64,000 nt of DNA from Nitrospinaceae bacterium (GCA_965223665.1 OZ245011.1:1792001-1856000); one strand, 5' to 3'; counted from the first letter of the stretch, positions 9,001-19,400 are shown. Translations and numbers: made by a program. The notes: generated from the letters alone by a model not told the origin.

Positions 9001-11731
9001 CCTACCGGAACCGGGGGTAGAGTTGGGAGTCTCTGGAGATCTCTGGTTGAACCTGCCGAAATTAGGAACGCATGCTTCTGCGGACACCACCGACAAACTG
9101 CTCCTCGATGGACGAGTTTATCTGGTCGCCAACGCTGCCGGGGATTCAGGATTTCGCGTCAACGGGAGTATGCGGGGACGCTGGAACACTCCCTTAGGCC
9201 TGGGGAATTTAGCTTTAGAGAATACCGCTTTTATCGCGGGTATGGATGTGGGTGGCCCCCGAATTGAAGTGGGCATGGGCGGAACCATGTATGTCAACCT
9301 ACCCGGAAAATCGGAAAAGGAGTTTGGAGCCGATGCTATTCTCAGTTTAACCACATCCGTTCCACCCATTCCCACGAAATTGGGATTCCGCTATACGGCT
9401 GGTGAAATTTCCGCTTTAACCAACATGGAAATTCAACATGCTTTGTTTGTGGGAGCACTTACAGGTCCACTTGCCCAAACCGTGGTCAAAGCCATCCCTG
9501 GCGAAAAAGTTAGAAACGCGGCTAAACAATTGGGAGAGCAGTTGAACAAGCGATCTCTGGTTCAAATCTTACAATTAGACAAAATTCCGTTACCTCTCCT
9601 AAAACTTAAGGACGTAGATGTCTATTTCGGTACTCCCGGCGCAAAAATTCCGGGTCGTGGCGACAAAGGGGTTCCCGGTCTGGGATTTCGGTTGGCCGCA
9701 CAAGCCTGGTTGGAATTGTTGGGTAAAGAACATAAGTTAGCGGCCGCAGACTTGACTTTATCGGTTAAAGACGGGTTTCGTGTTTACGGAGAGCTTCCTA
9801 AACTGGAAGTTAAACCGCTTCTACTGGGTCCTTCGATACTGGACATCAAAGCCAGCTTTTCAGATATCCCACATTTCAAAATGAAGGGACATGTCAAACT
9901 GGATCCGCTGCTGGATGACGAAACCGATGTGGAATTGTCCAAAGAAAGAATCGCATTTTACTTTCATAAAAAATTTGGATCCTTGTTCGACTTCGAATTT
10001 GACGCTCATACCGAAGGTGAAAATGTTTTATCCAGTAAGGAGTTCCAATTAACTATGCGGTTAGAACAAAATATTGATACGTTTATCAACGATAAAGTTT
10101 TGCCCAAACTTGGAGTACCGAAACCTATCATTAATGCCTTGAAAATGACCAATCCCCTGATCATCAGAAAGTATCAGGTCCATGGGGATATGGTTGGATT
10201 TGTCGGTGGAAAAACTCCACTGGACGTCTACTTAGAACCCAGATATTTCGGAGATGATGTGGAGCCGGTGACGGCAAAAATCCGTGGGCCTAACTGGAAA
10301 CATCCGGAAACGGTTTTGTTCCTGGGAAACGAATTTACCGGAGCCATGGCTGGCTCTTTTCTCCAATACCTCATGAATAATCCAAAACAAACCGCGGCGT
10401 TTAAAATTTTGCCAAGTCTGTTGGAATTTAAACCGGGATATTTGGGAGGAGCCTGGAAATGCAAAAGCAATAAGGATGCAACCTGTAGGAGTTTAATTCA
10501 AACATCGAACAAAATTCTTTTTTGCCGTCAAAAATTGAAGTTGTTGGGAAAATCATCGGAGGCTCCTCACTTATGTGGAAGTTTACTACCAAAACAAAAT
10601 GAGGCGCTAAGTCATCGGGCAGAAAAAGTATTTTTTGTTTCCGGCGGCATGAAACTTCCAGCAACTTCACCGGAAGTTAAAATGACCTTCAGCAAAGAAA
10701 AATTTGGACATGAAATTAAACACAAAATGGACTTGCAGTTTCAAGACAACTTACTGGATGGGTTAATAGTATCCGACTATCATGTGGTTGGGACTTTAAC
10801 TAATGGAAAGCCTAAGAATTTAAGTTTAAAAGGCGTGGTCTCAGGCGATCTCAACCAGTGGTTTCAAGGCCAGGTTATTAAAATACTAGGAAAGAACCCT
10901 ACCACTAACTTTCTCATCAAAGAAATTAAGAAACTTGATCTGGTAACCGTCGAAAAGGGAACCATTGAGGGTAAATTCAAAGATTTCTTTTTCAAGAACC
11001 AATCGGCGGATTTAACATTAACCATTCGTGTACTGGGAAAATACAGAGGTACGGCCAAGAAAGACCAGGTAAAATATTTAAAAACCACAGTTCCCATATA
11101 TGCGTTAAATCTTAATCCTGCCATTAATGTTGCCAACGCTGCAAAGACAGCCCTGGGAGCGACGAAAATAATCGCACAGGTCATTGCAATTCTTGTTTCA
11201 GACGCTGCCAATGTGTTTGCTGGCGGTATTGATAAGTTTCTTGGGGGTGGCCGAGAATCTCCCTACTGGTTCTTAATGCAGGCCCAGCATAGTAAACTAT
11301 GTTTAACTCCCGCCGGTGGGAAACTGACTAAGGGAACTCAATTGGTGGAAGTTGAATGCAACCCTAATCAAAAAGCTCAGCTTTGGAAATACCAAGTCAA
11401 AGCCTTAGGCGCGGTAAAACTTTATAATCAGGCAGCCAATAAATGTATGGATGTCGCCAAGACTTTTGTATGGCCTATCTGGTATTACAGCTTGCATAAC
11501 GGGGTTAAGGTTCAAATTTCAGATTGCGCAAGCGATGCAAATCTAGCCGCATTGAATCAGCGTTTTTGGGTGAAATGGCAAAATCGAAATCAACAGATTG
11601 CCAAATTCATTCCCGCATCCGCGGTGCTGCATTGTGTCGATGTTTCTCCAAGTGAACATTACGTTCATCAATGGCGCTGCCATAAAAATAAGGATCAACA
11701 ATTCAAATTGATTCCTGTAGAAAAAAATTAG
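6065..11731 (+). CDS. Giant exported protein (~1890 aa): fascin-like segment near the N-terminus, long beta-rich core, C-terminal ricin-B lectin domain
   Basis: ORF 6017-11731, GGAGG before ATG 6065; hydrophobic segment ending TLA-AG; fascin-like GNKIAIVGPHGWLV..RADR..TTF; C-terminal QxW/F repeats with Cys pairs (QLWKY, NQRFW, DQQFKL). Confidence 0.7.
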   Translation: MNISTSNQIITPSNYFFPTCKNESEKEKDQNPDSKRINLNFPSTGKRRKTIFQTVLFRYGSSIKSFYNSGFLKNFCLVLTITLSAILLDYFYPKSTLAAGLKAIDPAQCATPEEDRILRPKQKKGKKITGLMGTPYKVRLGTASGQHQLALTGCESIGAPSSAGHDFIFYDLDGGKLEDGNKIAIVGPHGWLVGVTKNKQLRADRFDVNEDTTFIIKRLKVIEDISRIGIFTELKTYFSAVDKGGDAIIAAATQLGPEETFSIMDLDDISLEMSVKGFQKGVKSVGGLVAKAVMEKLFGKPVADKSEVKVLPEACATELAKQKVSKDTQKEAKSEPKTPEQKKSKFKKIMSWVWDKIDKARACETISFALQIPGTDLGAEMFYTREDKKSVPVWHVALMAGDKTLNENPLINAIPKLKNLVGDPKLKSLVMVFSEEKGIKDVTDLSAPLRKYLKDHHEEIEIPEIFEDTSHDLQKVRFDQGVNLFAEVESAKKGVLGKVTNLVLPNATQSNEPWRIDGVIGGAFMWKLLNKESSKYKKDLPIAYKDKNQFKIDLWIPGHTPYPFNFLNQRNAFHTEVVKARFEIRVSKDKQATKGEQPEKTEYGLDLEIESWNEYWLLGKRFPIKVESPIHIKKDDIEVYLKGVYEPKKHEDPLAFIPGFHVRKLVFGGGFAKKEIPKKTKDTSKKSILSFQVGSQVGIEGYQEVATGFQIDLAAQGKKVSLDDIRLQIQGDEDEGRILLDKLPVLKSIPLINEWVLEKGTLGFKPTAGIPDFYITGGATWTRTNMGSKIAIMKKKLNGKDEFFLFSRANDFSLAGLLPAKTPDAVKGIFTALKMPRMLLLLTTAKGKDKNETGALSIEDMPKPLVPLFDGIVKEADESIPVFGDGITLVSALDFSQAEDKLMKKTLSTLGLDKLGTNGTIMIAGSVGGLLNGELRIGLAAKLPTFELPTTLPGGFKNPLGYLVEFDKVASDFYLDFKALPEPGVELGVSGDLWLNLPKLGTHASADTTDKLLLDGRVYLVANAAGDSGFRVNGSMRGRWNTPLGLGNLALENTAFIAGMDVGGPRIEVGMGGTMYVNLPGKSEKEFGADAILSLTTSVPPIPTKLGFRYTAGEISALTNMEIQHALFVGALTGPLAQTVVKAIPGEKVRNAAKQLGEQLNKRSLVQILQLDKIPLPLLKLKDVDVYFGTPGAKIPGRGDKGVPGLGFRLAAQAWLELLGKEHKLAAADLTLSVKDGFRVYGELPKLEVKPLLLGPSILDIKASFSDIPHFKMKGHVKLDPLLDDETDVELSKERIAFYFHKKFGSLFDFEFDAHTEGENVLSSKEFQLTMRLEQNIDTFINDKVLPKLGVPKPIINALKMTNPLIIRKYQVHGDMVGFVGGKTPLDVYLEPRYFGDDVEPVTAKIRGPNWKHPETVLFLGNEFTGAMAGSFLQYLMNNPKQTAAFKILPSLLEFKPGYLGGAWKCKSNKDATCRSLIQTSNKILFCRQKLKLLGKSSEAPHLCGSLLPKQNEALSHRAEKVFFVSGGMKLPATSPEVKMTFSKEKFGHEIKHKMDLQFQDNLLDGLIVSDYHVVGTLTNGKPKNLSLKGVVSGDLNQWFQGQVIKILGKNPTTNFLIKEIKKLDLVTVEKGTIEGKFKDFFFKNQSADLTLTIRVLGKYRGTAKKDQVKYLKTTVPIYALNLNPAINVANAAKTALGATKIIAQVIAILVSDAANVFAGGIDKFLGGGRESPYWFLMQAQHSKLCLTPAGGKLTKGTQLVEVECNPNQKAQLWKYQVKALGAVKLYNQAANKCMDVAKTFVWPIWYYSLHNGVKVQISDCASDANLAALNQRFWVKWQNRNQQIAKFIPASAVLHCVDVSPSEHYVHQWRCHKNKDQQFKLIPVEKN

Positions 11732-11882
11732 GGAAATTTCAAGGGTTTATCCAGCACAGATCGAAAAGACATGGATGTCTCTTCTGATCTTTGGGTTGGG
11801 TTAATAAAAAAAGATAGGTCATGTTTTTATTAACCACAATCCCACCCTCCTCTGCTAAAATTTCAAGAACAGCTTTTTAGAT

Positions 11883-11946
11883 TTTTGAGCCAATCAGTCC
11901 AAAACCAAGAATAAACAGTCCCTCCCACGGGTCTTTATATATAGAG
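11883..11946 (+). promoter_or_regulatory. Conserved promoter cassette copy 2 (upstream of the cytochrome c operon)
   Basis: ttttgagc-caatca-gtccaaaa-ccaa-gaataaa-N14-ggtctttatatatagag. Confidence 0.7.
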
Positions 11947-11995
11947 AAGAAGTTTTTGCTCCCTGAGTGGCGGCAAAATTCGCAATCTTTTATTT

Positions 11996-12514
11996 ATGAT
12001 TGAAAGTGGTATTTCTTTTAGGGAGGTTCGTGTGAGAGTTTTTTCATCAAAGCCGATTTCCATACTCATTATTTTTTTAGTGAGTGGAGTGATTTTTTAT
12101 TTTATAAATTCTGACCGGGAGAGACCCGGAGATTGTCCCCAAGACAGGGAGACAGTTGCGGCTCCGGAAACCTATTCGACAATGAAAAATACCCTGGAGC
12201 CTACTCAGGAAAATATTTTGGCGGGAAAACAAATTTTTAATACAACGGCTAAACCGATCCCGTGTATTATTTGTCATGGAATTAAAGCGGATGGGTTAGG
12301 ACTCATTTACCCGCATTTGAAGCCTTTTTCAAGGAATTTTACCTGCTACCAAACCATGAAGGATGTTTCTGATGGTCAATTGTTTTGGGTCATCCAAAAA
12401 GGATCCCATGGCACCCGTATGCCGGGTTTTGCGAAATTGGAGGAGAAGGAGATTTGGCAATTGGTTCATTATATAAGAGATATGGAGAAAAAAGATAATA
12501 CGAACGATTCTTAA
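11996..12514 (+). CDS. Membrane-anchored monoheme cytochrome c (likely start GTG 12032)
   Basis: CIICH heme motif, DGQLFWVI..G..GTRMPGF distal Met, N-terminal TM; GGGAGG before GTG 12032. Confidence 0.88.
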   Translation: MIESGISFREVRVRVFSSKPISILIIFLVSGVIFYFINSDRERPGDCPQDRETVAAPETYSTMKNTLEPTQENILAGKQIFNTTAKPIPCIICHGIKADGLGLIYPHLKPFSRNFTCYQTMKDVSDGQLFWVIQKGSHGTRMPGFAKLEEKEIWQLVHYIRDMEKKDNTNDS

Positions 12515-12563
12515 CGATTCAACAGTTACTTCTTTTTCAAACTGTCCCAAGGGAGGATAAGTC

Positions 12564-12983
12564 ATGAATAAAACCATCACAATTCTATGTATTTTTTTTG
12601 TCATGATATTTCTAGTAACTCTTTCACCCGCCCTGGCGAACCGGGCCGTCAAAATTATTAAGCCAAAGCATTTAGCAGTTGTATCTAACCCGGTGGAAAT
12701 CTGCATGGAAGTATATGGACTTGAAGTGGAGCCGGCAAAAAAGGGTGTCAACGAAGGAAAAGGACACCATCATCTTCTGGTTGATGTAGAGATCCCAACC
12801 AGTGTCGGAATGGCAAAACCCTTGGCAAAAGATTCTCGTTACATTCATATGGGAGATGGTTCTTCCTGTAAAACATTAACATTAACCACGGGTCGACATT
12901 TCATTAGAACTCTATTTGCAAAAGGAAATCATGTGCCGTATGATCCTCCCATTAGCGATACCATCATCATCGATGTCAAATAA
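12564..12983 (+). CDS. Secreted DUF4399-like protein
   Basis: Signal peptide; GHHHLLVD, HMGDG, GRH motifs; RBS GGAGG. Confidence 0.8.
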   Translation: MNKTITILCIFFVMIFLVTLSPALANRAVKIIKPKHLAVVSNPVEICMEVYGLEVEPAKKGVNEGKGHHHLLVDVEIPTSVGMAKPLAKDSRYIHMGDGSSCKTLTLTTGRHFIRTLFAKGNHVPYDPPISDTIIIDVK

Positions 12984-13012
12984 TCGGTTTTAATCGTTCG
13001 GGGAGGAATTCC

Positions 13013-13624
13013 TTGATGGCAGGATTATATGGTTCTTTAAAGAATTCCAGAGGAAAATGGATTTTCATGGTAGTTCTTTTCACCGTTATTTTATTTCCAT
13101 TAAATATTTGGGGGCAAACCATGCCTTGCCAACCCAAACCTCCTTACCAGGCTCCGGAGCACACTCCTCCTCCTGCCCAACCTCCATCACCGAAATCTCT
13201 ATTAGTCGACAACGGTGATAATACGATTTCAGATCTTAATACCGGGCTCATGTGGGCTCAAGCAGACAGCTATGCAAATTTGAATCATTGTTTGAATTTA
13301 CCTGAGTCAAAACAGTATGTAAAAAGTCTCAAAACCGGTGGTCATAACGATTGGCGAATTCCTTCCATTAAAGAGCTGGCCACTCTATATGACTCGACTC
13401 AAGAAAACGTTATGGCATGGGACCAGAATTCAGAATACCCGTTGGCTCTGGATAAAAAGTTTGCTGACGGTGCGGCCTATTGGTATTGGTCCAGCGATTA
13501 CGGAACCACGGAATTCGCCGATCATTGTGCAAAGACTCTTTACTTTGTAAACGGTATGATTGAGTGGCGCCGCTTCGAACTCTGCAATAACGGCGGTGTC
13601 CGCGCTGTCAGAAATATAAAATAA
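13013..13624 (+). CDS. Secreted DUF1566 (Lcl C-terminal, C-type-lectin fold) protein
   Basis: DNGDNTISDLNTGLMW, GGHNDWRIPSIKEL, YWSS, terminal VRAVR. Confidence 0.85.
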   Translation: MMAGLYGSLKNSRGKWIFMVVLFTVILFPLNIWGQTMPCQPKPPYQAPEHTPPPAQPPSPKSLLVDNGDNTISDLNTGLMWAQADSYANLNHCLNLPESKQYVKSLKTGGHNDWRIPSIKELATLYDSTQENVMAWDQNSEYPLALDKKFADGAAYWYWSSDYGTTEFADHCAKTLYFVNGMIEWRRFELCNNGGVRAVRNIK

Positions 13625-13675
13625 GTCACAAGTTTCTCTATTATAGAGTTGGGCATTTATAATAGGTAAAGTCTC

Positions 13676-14845
13676 ATGGACGATTTAGCTCTTTCTCTAA
13701 TAACTATTGGAGTTATTCTCCTTTTCGGATTGGCCGCGGATGTAATTGGTCGTCGGACGAAATTACCAAGAGTCACACTTCTTTTATTATTCGGTTTATT
13801 AATTCGACAAACACCCTGGTTTCCGGAAAACCTCAATCATTGGTTTCCCTTTATTACAGATTTGGCTCTTTTAATGATTGGATTTCTCTTAGGAGAAAAA
13901 CTCGTCTGGTCTTTCCGAGGGAAACAATCCCTTACTGTCTTTTGGGTGTCAGGTAGTGTGGTAATAGTTACGGCGGGGTTGATTTTGGGAGGTTTACTCC
14001 TAATTGGGATCCCTCTGGAAATTGCTTTAATTTTTGCCGGAATTTCTACAGCCACGGACCCTGCCGCTACAACAGATGTTGTTGTCGAAACAAAAGCCAA
14101 AGGAAACTTTTCCAGTACCCTTTTAGCGATTGTAGCTATTGATGATGCCTGGGGATTGATCCTCTTCAGTTTTCTGCTGGCCCTGGCGCAATCTATTCAA
14201 GGCCAACCCGGGAGTATGGATATCCTGCTGACCGGAGCCTGGGACTTGGGAGGGGCCTGCCTGGTTGGAATCATGCTGGGAATTCCCATGGCTTTATTAA
14301 CCGGTCGCGTTCGTCCCGGCCAACCTACACTCCTGGAAGCATTAGGCATTGTAGTTCTATGTGGTGGAATTTCTCTGATGTTGAACGTTTCCTTTATTTT
14401 GGCTTCCATGGTATTGGGTGGAATGGTGGCACTGCTGGCGACTCATCACGAATATCCCTTTCACGCTATTGAAGACATCGAACCTCCTTTTATGATTTTA
14501 TTTTTTGTATTGGCAGGGGCTTCATTAGATATTTTCCAGTTAGCAGAAATAGGTTGGTTAGGGATAACATACATTTTCCTTCGTATTTTGGGTCGAATCT
14601 TTGGATCCTGGCCCGGCGCTTTGTTGGCTCAAGCAAAACCTTCTATCAGAAATTTTACCGGAATGGCTTTAATGCCTCAGGCGGGAGTCGCGTTGGGTAT
14701 GGCCCTGGTAGCCACCAATCGGTTTCCAGAATTAAGTCAGGTTATTTTTCCGGTTGTCATTGGCACCACCATTTTTTTTGAACTTATAGGTCCCATCCTG
14801 ACTCGTACCGCCCTGATTCTGGCGGGAGATGTTGCCAGGAAATAA
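13676..14845 (+). CDS. Cation:proton antiporter (CPA family)
   Basis: About 12 TM helices; ATDPA, AIDDAWG, PQAGVALG motifs. Confidence 0.9.
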   Translation: MDDLALSLITIGVILLFGLAADVIGRRTKLPRVTLLLLFGLLIRQTPWFPENLNHWFPFITDLALLMIGFLLGEKLVWSFRGKQSLTVFWVSGSVVIVTAGLILGGLLLIGIPLEIALIFAGISTATDPAATTDVVVETKAKGNFSSTLLAIVAIDDAWGLILFSFLLALAQSIQGQPGSMDILLTGAWDLGGACLVGIMLGIPMALLTGRVRPGQPTLLEALGIVVLCGGISLMLNVSFILASMVLGGMVALLATHHEYPFHAIEDIEPPFMILFFVLAGASLDIFQLAEIGWLGITYIFLRILGRIFGSWPGALLAQAKPSIRNFTGMALMPQAGVALGMALVATNRFPELSQVIFPVVIGTTIFFELIGPILTRTALILAGDVARK

Positions 14846-15000
14846 AAAAGCTTTAGCCATAGAAACCCAAAAGACTCAATTTTTAAAACGGAAACACGGG
14901 TGAAAAATAACAATAATTTTTTTCAATTTAAAAATCATTAATCGAAATTTTAATTATTCTAAATACGATTGGGACCTATAAAAACAAAAGGAATGAATCA

Positions 15001-15636
15001 TTGCAGCGGTCTATCCTAAATTTAATTTTTGATGCCTTAGCACTGGTGGGATTGATATTACTGATTGCCACCGGTTTAATAATACGGTTTGTGCTGCCTC
15101 CACTAAAAGGAAACCCCGAGAGCCCTTATACCTTATGGGAAATGAACCGGCATCAGTGGGGCGACATCCACTTTTGGATGGCCATTGGACTGTTTATCGT
15201 TTTAGTCATTCACCTCTACCTGCATAGGAAATGGATTGTCTCTATGGTACAGGGAAAATCAGAACAAGGGTTTGGTTTGAGGTCAATGATCGCCATATCC
15301 ATTCTGCTTTTATTATTGATTCTGGTTATCATTCCTTTTTTGAGTCCCACAGAAAAAAAAGCTGCTCCAAAAAATAAACATCTGCAACAAAAATTTAAAA
15401 AAGAACCTGCCAAAGGAAGCAATCCTTCGGAGGAAACCACATCTAACCTGAATATCAGGGGTTATATGACTCTCAACGATTTGGCTCAAGCCACCGGAGT
15501 TCCAGCAAATTATTTTATAAAAGAACTGGGGTTACCAGAAAACATTTCTTTAGATTCCAAACTGGGTCACTTACGAAAACAATACGACTTCAAGTTTTCA
15601 AAGATTCGAACCCTGGCCCAAAATTTTCAAAAGTAA
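15001..15636 (+). CDS. DUF4405-type membrane protein (cytochrome b-like His pattern) with C-terminal helical domain
   Basis: WGDIHFW..HLYLHRKW; 3 TM; C-terminal IRGYMTLNDL..GVP. Confidence 0.75.
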   Translation: MQRSILNLIFDALALVGLILLIATGLIIRFVLPPLKGNPESPYTLWEMNRHQWGDIHFWMAIGLFIVLVIHLYLHRKWIVSMVQGKSEQGFGLRSMIAISILLLLLILVIIPFLSPTEKKAAPKNKHLQQKFKKEPAKGSNPSEETTSNLNIRGYMTLNDLAQATGVPANYFIKELGLPENISLDSKLGHLRKQYDFKFSKIRTLAQNFQK

Positions 15637-15718
15637 TTCCCCCATCTCTTCCCTTTTTCAACTGCCTTTATTGATGGGTATCCTGTCTTCACTCCCAACC
15701 AAAAATCTTTCCCGGTTA

Positions 15719-15785
15719 TTTTGAACCATATGGTCCAAAACCAAGAATAAACCCTCTCTCCCACGGGTCTTTATATATTGAGGGG
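15719..15785 (+). promoter_or_regulatory. Conserved promoter cassette copy 3
   Basis: ttttgaac-catatg-gtccaaaa-ccaa-gaataaa-N14-ggtctttatatattgag. Confidence 0.7.
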
Positions 15786-15827
15786 TGTGTTTTTTATTAG
15801 CGTGTAAATCCTTTGAGGAGGTTCATT

Positions 15828-16070
15828 ATGACCATCGAAACGATTCGATGTTTTTTGGGTTGGTGCACCATAATTAATTTAGGATTCCTTCTTATTTGGT
15901 GGCTCAGTTTATTGCTGGCCCATGACTTTATATATCGATTCCATAGAGAATGGTTCAAACTTTCAGAACAACGGTTCGATGTCATTCATTACAGCCTGAT
16001 TGGTATTTACAAATTTGGAATCATTCTCTTGAACATAGCCCCCTATTTTGCTTTACATATTATGGGTTAA
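15828..16070 (+). CDS. Small 2-TM membrane protein (DUF6868-like)
   Basis: GAGGAGG then ATG 15828; FLGWCTIIN..H..WF..F..IHY..G.YK..N..PY pattern. Confidence 0.75.
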   Translation: MTIETIRCFLGWCTIINLGFLLIWWLSLLLAHDFIYRFHREWFKLSEQRFDVIHYSLIGIYKFGIILLNIAPYFALHIMG

Positions 16071-16180
16071 TGCAAAGTATTTTCTCAAAATCTTTGTCAG
16101 CGGAGGGAAAAACCGAACCGCTGCGGGAATAGAGGACTGGGTAGCGGGCAGTTTGTTTGAGGATAATTAACCGTTTCATT

Positions 16181-16208
16181 GGCAGACCTTTCGAGGTCTG
16201 CCTTTTTT
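16181..16208 (+). terminator. Rho-independent terminator
   Basis: ggcagacct-ttcg-aggtctgcc followed by a T run. Confidence 0.85.
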
Positions 16209-16293
16209 GGTTAATTTAAATCAAAACAAATTTTGTATTTCATATTCATTCTCAGAGTGATCCCTTTTTTCATATAATTTTTCACTCAAAACT

Positions 16294-16360
16294 TTTTGAT
16301 TCATACTTGCCGAATTATCGAATAAAAGTCTCCCCAAAAATATCTTTATATATAGAGGGG
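16294..16360 (+). promoter_or_regulatory. Conserved promoter cassette copy 4 (palindrome degenerate, core intact)
   Basis: ttttgatt-N6-tgccgaat-tatc-gaataaa-N14-tatctttatatatagagggg. Confidence 0.6.
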
Positions 16361-16496
16361 ATGAAATATGGAATAAATCCCCTATAAAAGGGAGGGGGCT
16401 TTTTCGCACCCTATTACACGAAAAAGAATTGATTTGATTTAATTGGAAATTAAAACAATTGAATCCCTCTTAAGTTCTTATGAGAAGGAGACCCGC

Positions 16497-19400
16497 ATGA
16501 AACGATTTTTGATTTTTCCATTTTTGTTTTTACTAATATTTTCTTTCCTTTCCCCAGTGTTTGCTGCTCCTCCAGGAGACTTGGAGTGTCAAACCGGTGA
16601 TCCCGAATCCTCTTTAACCTCTGATCAATGTGTGTCCTGGGATATTGGTGACTGTGAAAACAATGACCTAGAATGGTCCTTTGGAATCATTACGGATATC
16701 CACGTGGGAGAAGAGTCTCCGGATTTTGTTTTTTGGGGTTGGGATGACCCTAGAGTAACACTTCCCTATGGATTAGGTGACAAAGGAGCAGAACATCTGA
16801 GAAGGGCCGTCAATTGGATCAATGAAAAGGCTGAATCCCAAAAAATAAAATTCGTGGCAGAGCTGGGAGATCTTACCGATGGTGGCGAAATATCAGAACA
16901 GAAATTCGCTATAGAAGAATTAGATCGACTTTCAGTTCCTTGGTTACCCGTAATAGGAAACCACGATGTATGGCCTCATGTTAAGCCTATAGATAACACC
17001 ACCTCCTCAATATTATTTAGTTTCGATAATGTTCCTATTAATCCCGCAGTAGTATTATATCAACACGAGAATTTTGAAGCAGTAGACGATGGCAACATTG
17101 AAGATCCAATTGGAGAGTACGAGGTCTTTATCGCTAGTAATGGTAGACTTCGTGACACACGTGTGGGCAATGATAGAGCTTCTTCGATGAAAATTTTTGG
17201 AGATTGTACCGTGACACTATGGGATGACTTTAGATTCCCAAATTCTGGTGGTAAGAGAACTTTTTCAAATCCTGGTGGGGGTGTTCGCGAAATCCCCAGG
17301 TTATCCGATTACGGTTTTAATGATACAACTTCCGCAGTTGAAATTACCAACTGCGCTACGGACGGGGTTGTATTGTATGAGGACGAAAATTATGAAAATA
17401 AACATGAAAATTTCATCGCAGATTCAAAGTTTATACATGATGATGGACGTACTACAGAGCATATTATTGCGAGAAACGCGGTTAGTTCAGTAGTTGTTAA
17501 AAATAATTGTCGGGTGACTTTTTTTGGCGACAACGACGAGGTTTTAACGCTAACTTCATCAGCACCACGTCTTTCGGATTTTAATTGGGATAACCGGGCC
17601 ATAAAGGAAATCAAAATTGATAGATGTAATAACCCATCAAAAGGAGCTTATTTATATCAAAAAGGTGAATTTTCCGGAAGGGCGGAGTTGTTTCTTACCA
17701 ACATACCTTCATTTAGAAACAGTTTTGTCGGTAATAATGTGGTTACTTCCATCAAACCCCTGAATGGTGCGTTAGTAGCTCTCTATAAGAATATTAATTA
17801 TGACGGGGGTTATACCCTGTTTGACCGGGACGTTATAAATTTCGTTGATTTACAACAAGTAGCTTCAAATCAGGATACAGAAAATGCTGATAACCAAGTG
17901 GCTTCAGTAAAGTTTAGCGAATGGCAAGAGCCGGTCAATTCATCTGTTGTTCTTTATAAAAATGCAAACTTTGAAGGACCCTACGAAGTCTTTATTGCCA
18001 GCAATTATGATTTAAGGGGAGGCGGAATCATCCCCATTCCAACGCGGATCGGTGATGATGCGGCTTCGTCCATGAGAATTTTTGGGGCCTGTAAAGTCAC
18101 CCTATATGAAGATCCTAAAATGGGTGGCGGGAGTTTCACTCGGGAAAATGTACTAGGAGTTATGGAGTTAGGTAATTTTATCGGTCAGACATTCGATAAT
18201 GGTCACAGTTTGCAGAATGCTGTTTCCTCCGTAGAAATCGAAAACTGTGACACGGATGGCGTTGTATTGTATACCGATTCTAATTACCAGGGACGACAGG
18301 AGAATTTCATTACCGATACTTCCTTAAAGGGACATTTCCTTCCAATGAACAAAGTGAGTTCGGTCTTTGTAAAAAATTGTCCTGTGACCTTGTTTGATGA
18401 TACCGGCCTCAGTTTGAGGCTAACGTCTTCTGCGCCTCAGCTCTCCCTCAACGGTTGGGATGATGCCCCTCTTACCAGGATTGAGGTAGAAAGTTGTTCC
18501 ACGCAAGGGGCTTATTTATATGATGAGGCCAACTATTCGGGAAGATCCGAGCTTTTCTTAAACAATACTCCAGATCTCAAAAGCAGTTATTTGGGGAAAT
18601 ACGATGCTTCGTCAGTGAAACTCATCAACGGGGCACAAGCTAACTTATTTGTATTGCCCAATTTTCACCTGCCAGGTTTTAATGATCCCTATTGTGATTC
18701 CAATTGTTTTTTCACTGAGGATAACCCTGACCTATCTAAAGTATCCTTAGCGATGAATAGAGTATTTGATATAACCCCTGACAGTTACGCTTATAACTTC
18801 TACCTCCCTAAAGTAAAATTACTCGAATCCCTTCCAGAGGTCAGCAATTTTGAAGTAACAAAACCTCATATTCCTAACTCAGAGGTTTTTCAAGGTGAAT
18901 CTAGCTTTTTAAATTATCATTTCGATTATACCGCTGAGGGAAGTACACCCATGCATTTCATTGCTCCAGATTTTTCAAGTCGCTCGATCGCACCATTTTT
19001 AGCAGGAGGTTCCTTAGGCGAAGCAGACCTACACAATTTTGAAAACGGTACTTTTCAATGGTTGGAAAACCACATTCCTTCCATATTCAAAAGATCTATC
19101 ATATTTGCCCATCATTTGTTGGACCCAGATTTATTGGGCTTGTTCGGGCCATTTGTACATTTTACTGATACTGAATTTACAGCTTTGATTAATCTTCTTG
19201 AGCAAAAAGATCTATTTGTTAATCATTGGTTTGGTGGACATGGTCATAAAGTTTATGAAAGTGATCAACCGCAAGAAGATCCTTTTTTGAAAGTGATTGA
19301 AACCCCAGCATTAAAGCATCTAGATGGGCCGACAGGTGGAATTTTTCCTGAAGATCAAGGATTTGTCAGACTAGTCCGAATGTGCAGCAATTCATTTAAA

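Noticed and set aside
5921-16360. Four-copy motif as integron attC sites
   Set aside because: No RYYYAAC/GTTRRRY ends, no integrase, and the copies sit upstream of start codons like promoters
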